DNA from: Eledone cirrhosa
Taxonomy: Eukaryota
Length of the DNA: 64,000 bases
Assembly (NCBI GenBank): GCA_964016885.1
Contig: OZ024740.1
Coordinates: 67,146,001 to 67,210,000, forward strand
Direction of reading: 5' to 3'
A program made the position numbers and the translations under genes. Each line of letters starts with the position of its first letter. The first letter of the stretch is position 1. This document shows, piece after piece, positions 53,100-64,000 of this stretch. The notes beneath the pieces are model-generated. The model saw only the letters and a list, made by a program, of their open reading frames with translations, did no database searches and was not told the origin of the DNA.

Positions 53100-55205
53100 G
53101 AAACAAATATTGTTATACTGTGAAAAGGTGTATGGAGATGATCATTGAGAGTGAGGTGGAGTTCTGCGACGTCGACACAGACGAACTGGGCCTCCTACTT
53201 AGACTTACCTACGACACTGACTACCTAGACAGCCATGACCTTAGACGTTTCTGCCCTAGTAGACCTATAAGAGGTAGACCCCCCACCATAACCTCAATGG
53301 CAAAAGAAACTACCATGGGAAGGTGGATTGGGTGGACCAAAGCTATACGGACCCCCCAAAACAATGATCAGGTAAGAAAAATGGTCGCACATGCAATAGG
53401 GGCTAGTATCAAAACTACCCTAAAGGGCCACATATTTAAGTTCAACGAGAAGATCTACACTCAAAATGAGGGAGCAGCCATCGGCGTCAGTATAGCTGGT
53501 GATGTTGCCAACCTTTTCATAGTATGGTGGGAAAGGAGACTTAAAGATCTCCCTAATGAGAGCTCCATAGACCTCATCATGTACTCTCGTTAAGTAGACG
53601 ATATCAATATAGTTATAAGAACACCCCACTAGAGAGCACTAACACGTTTGATTTAGAACGTAGCACGATGGAAAGCATCCAGCAGATAGCTAATTCCATA
53701 CACCAGAGTATAACTGTAACTATCGACTTCCCTTCCAAACACCCTAACAATAGACAACCTGTATTAGACACAGAACTCTGGATTAACACTATAGACGAGA
53801 GAGCCCAAATTCTCCACTCACACTATGCTAAACCCATGGCCTCTAAATACCTGATACTCAAAAACTCAGCAATGTCCAGTAGTGCTAAGTTTAATATTCT
53901 GATAGCAGATTTGGTACGAGTGATGAAGAATGTGTCCCGCATGTGCAACCCAACAGAAATGGAAAGATACATCCAACACTTCATCAACCGCATGCAGTTC
54001 TCTGGCTACAACCAAAGAGACAGAGTTAGAGTATACGAAGGAGCCATGGAGAAGTATAAGACCCTCATAGAACTGGACATGAAAGGAATTTACCCATAAT
54101 ACAGGAGCAAATCATGGAATAGCTTAGATAGGGCTAGACATAAGATAGGGAAAGCCACCTCATGGTACGACAACAAGAGATACCAGAGTGTCATGTTTGT
54201 GGACGCTACCCCTGGAGGGAAATTAGCTAACCAGTGTAGAAAGGCCCTGAGAAAGACCGACTTACAAATAAAGGTGGTAGAAAAGCCAGGTGACCATAAA
54301 ATCCCTGATCAGCAAAACCTACCCTTTTAAGAAAACCCACTGTACCAATAGGAAATGTATCATATGTAAGGTGAACCCCCGGATAAACTGTAAAACTAGA
54401 AACGTAGTCTATAGCATAAGATGTACAGAGGGTATTTGCAGAAACATGACAACAACATACATAGGTGAGACAGCTCGTAGCATAGGTGAAAGGATAGACC
54501 AACACTGGGGGGGGGGGGGACTAAAAGGACGAAAAAACGGATCAGTACTATACGAACATGCTAGACAACAACATGTCGGTAACATAGACAACATAGAAAT
54601 TAGAATAATATCTAAACATAGAAATGACCCAGCAGATAGGCAAATCAGAGAGGCCAGTGAAATAGAAATTAGAAGACCAAGGCTAAACAGAAAGAATGAA
54701 TGGAATAACAACAACACCCAAACAAACAACACTGACCTAAGAGAAGTATAAATAAGTAAATAAAATAAAATAATTAAATAAATAAATAAATAAATGTATA
54801 CATACACAAGCACAATAACAACAAGCACATAAACACACACTAGTCACCCATCACACATCATACAAAACACTATACACACATGCAAATAAATGAATAAATA
54901 TATAGACAGTCTGAATAAAAATGGCGTAGACATACAATACAACAGGAGGAAAATATAGCACCACTGACGATGTTGCAGATGTGCAACGAAAGATTTATGA
55001 TAAACTATATATATGTGTTTGTGTCTATATTGTATCTGTATTATTTTTGACCGTCGGTCAGTCAATGGCAACATTGAGGACCGAGTAAGTTAGATTACCG
55101 ATATAAAAGACACAGAAGCGAGAAGCGAAATCCAACCATAGAGTGAGTGTGTTCTGTTATCAATTCTGGCGATATTACACAAATATGACCCTCCCCAAGT
55201 ATAAC
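53100..55205 (+). mobile_element. 5'-truncated Penelope-like element (RT + C-terminal GIY-YIG) between (TA)n tracts
   Basis: Coding remnants plus a 3' non-coding terminus. Its end ATATGACCCTCCCCAA recurs at ~10108. Confidence 0.88.
53120..54751 (+). pseudogene. PLE reverse transcriptase-GIY-YIG ORF, disrupted
   Basis: FKFNEKIYTQNEGAAIG, YSR*VDD, PVLD, HYAKPM, CTNRKCIIC, NVVYSIRC...YIGETARSIGERI and IREA...PRLN. Confidence 0.9.
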
Positions 55206-55890
55206 TATATATATATATATATATATATAATGGCTTAGTGGTGAAACTGCAGGGCAACAAGGCTCACCATGTAACCGTAATAACTGAACATTTATACTCT
55301 ACTTCAGTATACCAATAACACCCACACACACACATATATATATATATATTTAACCCCCCCCATATATATATATATATATACTGATATCCTTTATGGTGAG
55401 GCCGATAAAATTGTTAAAACTCAGTGCAACCTTGAAGAGTTAGTTTCAGGCAGATTATATGGCGAAAGCTATGATTTTTATAGCAGGCTCACATCGCAGA
55501 AGTGTTCCCTCGAATATTCTACTCGAGCTATGAAGACATTTATTCGTATGTATGTGTGTACGTATTGAACCACGAAAATAGAACAACATTCGAAGATAAT
55601 TTCAGAGGGTTGATTTATCGTGGTAAATCGATATATTGACTAATAAGTAATGGTTATTTCACCACCAATTTCTTGTCTTGGACAGTGAAATGAATCAAGC
55701 ATTCCGGAATAGGAGGCGATATAACCAATAACAATTTGTCAATATCTCGATTTCCATGAAGATCAAACCCTCTTAAACGATCGTAAAACAATGAACGAAT
55801 TATGAATATATCTTCGACGTTTGTTTTGTTTTTATCGTTTAAGACACACACACACACACACACACTCTCTCCCCTCTCTCTCTCTCTGTA

Positions 55891-55959
<69 letters not shown>

Positions 55960-56189
55960 TTTGTGTGTATGTGTGTATAACTAATAAATTGCATAAATAT
56001 GAAATAGACATTTCTAAACTCCGGGTGCAGAGGAAGGGTTTGGTGGACGATGCACTTTTTCGTGGGATTCGTAAAAGTGAACAGATTCCACGGCTATCAT
56101 GTGTTGGCTTTACTAATAAATCTCAATTTGCGAAGTTCCTAACTTCTCTTTCTTGACTTAGAAAACAATATTCTGTCACATATTTTCAG

Positions 56190-56230
56190 TTGTTACGCTC
56201 TAAACATGTCTGCCCAAGAAAACGAAAGCG
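56190..56230 (+). other. Candidate short host exon containing a start codon (MSAQENES)
   Basis: tattttcag|TTG...AAACATGTCTGCCCAAGAAAACGAAAGCG|gtaagt in non-repetitive sequence. Confidence 0.3.
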
Positions 56231-56936
56231 GTAAGTTTATGACCAACTTAGTACAGCTATCTCAAAGATTCAACATACGGAAAAACTTGTTATAATGGAA
56301 GATTTCAATATTTGAGTGGCGCTGACTATGAAGCATGTCGTGGTATTTTGGATCTGCATGGAATGAGGGGGATTCATTCAAATGGTCGGCGACGCCTTTC
56401 CCGAATTCCCCGCCAAAACGGGGGTTACCACCGCCAATACGGGGGTTACCTCCCTTTGAGGAAACCACGTGTCTATAGCGAAAATTACTGCTAGAAAACA
56501 CCCCTGCCGAACCTATAGAACGCAAGATTGTTGACAAAGTAAATTCTTTGTTCCTTCGTCAAAGGCCGTTAACTTGAATACCCCTGAAAGCGGAATTAGT
56601 CGAAATCGGATTTACAGAAACATAGCGTGGATGTTGTATGTATATGTGATGTATGTTGTATGGTATACCATATCCGTTATGTGTTGCATTCGATGTCCAC
56701 GTGATGGTTCAGGTCAGTCAAAATCTTTCCCTGAGTTCAGTTTTTTTCGATGCTATGGCAATGCGCCTGGACTGCCGGTCGCTATATTTGATGTGCAAAG
56801 CTGTCTAAACGTATTGTTATAACTCTGGGGTATTAATCTCCATCGAGTGCTAAGCTGCATTCCGAATCTGCATTCGTTAGCTTAGCCGCAACCTAAAGCT
56901 TCGTTAATGCTGTACTAACATTTGTATATATATATG

Positions 56937-57053
<117 letters not shown>

Positions 57054-57094
57054 AGTGTAAGTTTCTACACAAAACGAAGGTTATAGAGAAAATG

Positions 57095-58599
<1,505 letters not shown>

Positions 58600-58600
<1 letters not shown>

Positions 58601-60355
58601 AAGCTAATTCACCTCTAGGGGTTGTATCGATGAACATTGCACACTGGTATATATTGCTATCATACCATGAGTTTATTCTATTAGCCTTATTCCTAGTTCT
58701 TTCTATTCTATTCCAAAATGTGCTCCTATACAAGGGGCAGGTCCCATTTGTGTCATTATTTACCATTTTTTCCATTTGGTTCTGGCTCATCTATACACTC
58801 TGATTTTATCTTTCTGATTGTAAGCAGAGAACTGCATACGGTGGATGAAGTGTTGTATCTGTCTCTCTAGTTCTTCGGGGTTGCACATGCGGGACGCGTT
58901 TTTCATCACCCGTACCAAATCCGCAATCAGTATGTTGATTTTGGTATGGTCCGAAACAGCTGAGTTTCGGTGGATCAGGTATTTGGAAGTCATGGGTTTG
59001 GCATAATGGGAATGGAGGATTTGTTTTTTGTTTTTAATTGTTTCTACTTTAGGCACAAGGCCAGCAATTACCCAGTGCATTACTGGTACTTTATTTTATC
59101 GACCCCGTAAGGATGAAAGGCAAAGTCAACCCCGGAGGGATTTGAACTCAGATCGTAATGGGACGTAAATATGCTAGAAACAGGGCGTCCGACCCTCTAC
59201 CAATACTACCAATCCACCGCATCTTTTTTGTTATTAATGGCATCTAACCAGATCTCTGTGTCTAGTACAGGTAATCGATGGTTGGGGTGTTTACTTGGGT
59301 AGTCTATAGTAACTCTAATACTCTGGTGGATGGATTTAGCTATTTGCTGGATGCTTTCCATTGTGTTTTCTCTAATTCCTGACTGTTCTCTAGTGGGGGT
59401 GTTTTAACTACGATGTTTATATCATCAACGTAGCGGGAGTACATTATCAGGGTTAAGCTGTCTTCTAATTGTTCTTTAATTTTAAGTTTAAGTCTACTGT
59501 CCCACCATACCATGAATAATTTAGCTATGTCGCCTGCAATGCTAACACCAATAGCTGCTCCTTCCTCTTGGGCATATGTTTTTCCATTAAATTTGAACAT
59601 ATGTTCCTTAAGGGTTAATTTTATGCTGGCCCCCACCGCATGTGCAATCATTTTCTTTAGTTCATCGTGGTTTTCGGGTGTCTGTATGGCTCTGGTCCAC
59701 CCGTTACATCTATCTGTGTGGGTTTTCTTGGCCATTGAGGTAATGGTAGGTGGTCTGCCTCTTGCTGGTCTTGTAGGGCACAGGTTGCTAAGGTCATATG
59801 TGTCTAGTTAATTATTACTATAGGTAAGTTTAAGTAGGAGTCCCAGCTCACTGGTATCAATCCCACGGAACTCAACATTGCTCTCACTGATCATTTCTAC
59901 GCAAAATCCCCGTCAATAGATGGATACAGGGACACAACATCCATACTACCTATTATGCAGTTTGTTAGGTCCCTAGATCGGTTAATCTCGCCGATTCCGC
60001 TGAGGAGGTCCTCCATGCTGTCACATATGAAGTATGACAGTCTGTAGTTACTACCAATGTTAGCTCCACAGACTGGCCGTGTTGGTGGTCCCGTGACAGG
60101 GTCACTGCCTGTGTTATGATCTTTTCGAAGCCCATACAACTCTGGCACGCCATTGTTCCAGGTCTGGAAGTTGTTGGCAGTCCTTTTGTTGGGCTGCATT
60201 ATATTTGTCCACATAACCATATGGGCATTGAGGACTTTTTCTCAATCCTCATGCTCTTGTGGTGTTACTTCTCTTGTGTTAGTGATGTGGGTTTGCAATG
60301 CCTGGATGTAGTTTGGCAGACTGTCAACCGACATTCTGCCAGACTTGTCTGTTGG
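58600..60355 (-). pseudogene. Penelope-like RT fragment (related to 53120-54751), interrupted by a SINE
   Basis: PELYGLRKDH, PTRPVCGA, GSMDVVSLYPSID, EEGAAIG, YSRYVDD and HYAKPM. Confidence 0.88.
59035..59220 (-). mobile_element. CORE-type SINE nested in the PLE
   Basis: Homologous to 21827-22007; splits the PLE frame. Confidence 0.82.
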
Positions 60356-60404
<49 letters not shown>

Positions 60405-60407
<3 letters not shown>

Positions 60408-60565
60408 AAGGCGGGTAAAATTCCCGAGATCCATGGACGAGTTCTCTCCAGCGTCTCTGTCCCTCATTATCGCTGCCATGTCCTGCGCCTCCAACAGACC
60501 AGTGTCTATCCTTAGGGCATCAACATATGTTAACCTTTGTCTTCCTCTTCTAGTGTGTCCATGTA
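60405..60565 (-). mobile_element. RTE LINE 3' end (same family as 62130-62750)
   Basis: HGHTRRGRQRLTYVDALRIDTG. Confidence 0.7.
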
Positions 60566-60608
60566 GTATATACAATATAGAGGTTTACATATACATAAAC
60601 TAGACAGA

Positions 60609-60639
<31 letters not shown>

Positions 60640-60644
<5 letters not shown>

Positions 60645-60843
60645 AACAAGTAAGACCCCGACGGCTGAGCTCAAGCCGTTTCGACGGCTAATTCTGTACT
60701 CAGTACAGAATTAGCCGTCGAAACGGCTTGAGCTCAGCCGTCGGGGTCTTACTTGTTCCTATTACCCACTCTACTACCCTAAGTATTGAGTACTTTGGTG
60801 CGTTATGTTCCACCTGGTTCCTTACCACATTTCCTTCGTTATA
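60640..60843 (+). mobile_element. Foldback element with half-hammerhead (copy 3)
   Basis: Near-perfect ~120-bp palindrome plus tail, in (TA)n. Confidence 0.8.
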
Positions 60844-60929
60844 TATATATATATATATATATGTTTTTGGCAACCATTCACGTTGTGTCTCAATGACGAA
60901 TTAATTAATTAAATAATGAACAATCAGAG

Positions 60930-61510
60930 AAATATATAAGAAAGTAAGTTCATAGAATCAGCAGATAAAATATATACAGTATTTCTCCTCCCAATCAGCA
61001 TAATCCACCACATAAAAAATCAATTAAACGAGGCTATAAGTTTAAAATGTATCTATGAAGAAACAATATATATATAAATGATAGCTATTTCATCCGCGAT
61101 CAACAGCCACAGAAGATTTGCCCAGTATTTCTAATAGCCTGTAAAAATTTACTAGACATATAGTTAACCATACACAATTAGGTACAAAATCAAAGTTAGG
61201 AGAAAAAATGTACATAAACATACCAAAATTAATTTTTTCTTCTAACTTTGATTTAATACCTAATTGAGTATGGTTAGCTATATGCCTAGTTCATTTCTAC
61301 GGGCTATTAGAAATACTGGGTAAATCTTCTGTGACTGTGGATGGCGGATAAAATAGCTATCATTTATTTATCTATTATATCTTCATAGGTACATTTTAAA
61401 CTTATAGCCTCGTTTAATTGATTTTTTATGTGGTTGATTATGCTGATTGGGAGGAGAAATACTGTATATATTTTATCAAATGTTTCTATGGACTTACTCT
61501 CTTATATATA
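60930..61510. mobile_element. Foldback/MITE-like long inverted repeat (~275-bp arms)
   Basis: 60930-61208 is the diverged reverse complement of 61232-61510. Confidence 0.75.
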
Positions 61511-61547
61511 TATATATATATACAAATATAAATATATATATATATAT

Positions 61548-62069
61548 GGAAAAGAACGAAATGAAATTTCATTTCTCACTCTTAGTACGGCTGATACTTG
61601 AGTGTAAGTATGTATGTACACGTACATACATATATGTATACAGACGTACAGTAGTATGTATATATATACATACATGTACGTATGGGTTTACCGAACAGTT
61701 ATTATACTGTTCAGTTTCTTTGTAAACAACAGCCCGAATTACACCGTACATTGTTCAGGCAACCATCGTCGCCTTTTTGTTCAACACTGACACAGGAACG
61801 ATGTACTAATTTCAAGCTTATTAGCTATCGTCAGCATCGTATACCTTCCTGTCAGATGGTTGAACGTCTGAAAGTATATACTTTCCCTATGCATATTAAC
61901 GGCTGAGCAGCCTAATTTGCATATCGAGTGAGTCAGGCGGCCGGGCGCACCGAAAACGATAAATGGAAAAGAATGAAACGAAATTTCATTTCTCACTCTT
62001 AGTACGGCTGATACTTAAGTGTAAGTATGTGTGTACACGTACATACATATGTATACAGACGTACAGTAG

Positions 62070-62090
<21 letters not shown>
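61548..62090 (+). repeat. ~417-bp unit with partial tandem copy
   Basis: GGAAAAGAA...GAAATTTCATTTCTCACTCTTAGTACGGCTGATAC at ~61549 and ~61965. Confidence 0.75.
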
Positions 62091-62111
<21 letters not shown>

Positions 62112-62129
62112 AATGTAAAGTGAATGAAA

Positions 62130-62750
62130 CAAAATAGAGAATGTTGAGAAGACAGAGGGAATCACTAATGTAGGTGGGAAACCGCTAGAATTGGTTGAGG
62201 ACTTCCTGTATTTGGGAGCAAAGATTGGGAATACGGAAGATGATGTGGTTGAGAGGAAGAGCAAAGCCTGGGCGGTTTGCCAGAGCTTGAGATCGGTGTG
62301 TTAGTCGGACCTTCGTAAAGGCCTGAAAATCTGCCTCTTCATTGCTGTAGTGGAGTCTGTGCTGTTGTACGGGTCTGAGACTTGGACACTGACCAAGAAC
62401 CTCCCTCAGATTGTGGATGGGTGCTACACGAGAATGATGAGGATGGCTCTGAACATTAATCAGTAAACACTGAGAATGAAAAACTCAGAGCTGTATGGGA
62501 GCCTCCCAAAAGTCAGCTCAAATGTGACACAGAGGAGACTGAGGTTAGCTGGACATGCTCACCGACTACCCAGAGTTGACATTGCACTCAGTGCTCTTGT
62601 GGGATCCCCTACATGGACACACTGGAAGATGAAGACCATGGTTAACGTATGTTGATGCCCTAAGGGCAGATACTGGTCTGTTGGAGACGCGGGACATGTC
62701 AGCGATAATGAGAACTAGTCCATGGATCTCGTGAATTTTATCCGCCTAGA
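62130..62750 (+). pseudogene. RTE-clade LINE 3' fragment
   Basis: LELVEDFLYLGAKI, KICLFIAVVESVLLYGSETWTL and RRLRLAGH. Confidence 0.8.
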
Positions 62751-62779
62751 AAAATCCATAAATGTATATATATATATCA

Positions 62780-63246
62780 TAACAAGAAATTGATTAACAT
62801 ATAAATATACATGAATAATCACAGGAGATAATATTTACAAGCGTGTAATCACGCATAGCTAGTTTGGGTAATAATTAAATTTATACCTTTAAGTATGATT
62901 AACCTTCCTTGTATATATACCATTAAATAAATATATTTCACCAATTAATCAGATAGTAAGTCACGGAAAGTGGATATTATTGGATTGTCAACAAGGAAGA
63001 ATAATGTCCAGCTATCCATGCTCACACAACGAGTTCAATCCTCATCTGGCCGCTACCAAGTGTTGTATCTACACATCATAGCAGCTTTGTTTCAGTGGCG
63101 TGAATAGTTATTCGACAACTAGAAATAGCAGTCAAATTCAACAGAAATAGCTCTACAATTAAGGAGCCGTATATATATATATATCTATATCCAAAATTAA
63201 GATAAATTAAATGAATTTAATCCAAATCGAAATTGTGGGTGTCATT
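62780..63246 (+). repeat. Circularly permuted copy of the 549-bp unit
   Basis: Starts mid-unit and runs through the unit junction CTATATCCAAAATTAAGATAA. Confidence 0.7.
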
Positions 63247-63314
63247 GGATATATATATATATATTTTTTTTTCTTTAAGTCGTTATTTTTTCATTATATT
63301 CTCTCTCATGTTCA

Positions 63315-63399
<85 letters not shown>

Positions 63400-63403
<4 letters not shown>

Positions 63404-63615
63404 GGAACCAGTAAGACCCCGACAGCTGAGCTCAAGCCGTTTCGACGGCTAATTCTGGACGGCTAATTCTGAGTCCAGAATTAGCCGTCGAAACGGCTTG
63501 AGCTCAGCTGTCGGGGTCTAACTGGTTCCTATTATACCCACTCTACTACCTCAAGTATTGAGTACTTTGGTGCGTTATGGTCCACCTGGTTCCTTACCAC
63601 ATTTCCTTCGTTATA
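63400..63615 (+). mobile_element. Foldback element with half-hammerhead (copy 4)
   Basis: Palindrome with a duplicated GACGGCTAATTCTG at the centre, plus tail. Confidence 0.8.
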
Positions 63616-63680
63616 TTTCCTTATTAAAATAACAGATTAACTTTTAAGCAAAGAATCGCTGCTTTCACTGATAACAGGAT

Positions 63681-63865
<185 letters not shown>

Positions 63866-64000
63866 TGTATATATATATACACGAAACATACTATGTATAT
63901 ATATATATATAAGAAACATACTACGAAAAGGCTGAATACTACAGTCAACATAAAATTAAGAGAAACCTAAAAACTCTGATCAACCAATAGAAAGAAGGAC

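Noticed and set aside
53582-53603. In-frame stops in the PLE as selenocysteine or readthrough recoding
   Set aside because: The stop is TAA replacing the Tyr of YVDD, the related copy has YVDD intact, and frameshifts are also present. This is simple decay.
61440-61470. CTGATTG...GAAATACTGTA in the foldback repeat as a hammerhead
   Set aside because: The core deviates from CUGANGA and there is no stem II.

Overview
AT-rich, microsatellite-dense eukaryotic genomic DNA that is almost entirely transposon-derived. The tRNA-derived CORE-type SINEs resemble octopus SINEs, so a cephalopod source is inferred. The window holds the 3' end of a Chapaev3-type DNA transposon, four Tx1/L1-clade LINE copies ending in microsatellites, RTE fragments, SINEs and decayed Penelope-like elements (PLEs; RT + GIY-YIG). 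The most notable feature is a 3.9-kb array (48234-52134) of a near-identical, non-coding, highly structured 310-bp monomer. Each monomer carries a type I hammerhead ribozyme (HHR) motif, and the array flips orientation at 50675, giving 8 minus-strand and 5 plus-strand HHRs. It looks like a non-LTR retrozyme (circular-RNA retroelement). At least four other unrelated HHR-bearing non-coding elements have a similar inverted layout inside (TA)n, and four foldback elements carry half an HHR. Together these suggest a set of ribozyme-bearing RNA parasites mobilised by PLEs. All ribozyme calls come from manual motif and pairing inspection only. Host exons are tentative, and most ORFs in the track are microsatellite or antisense artefacts.
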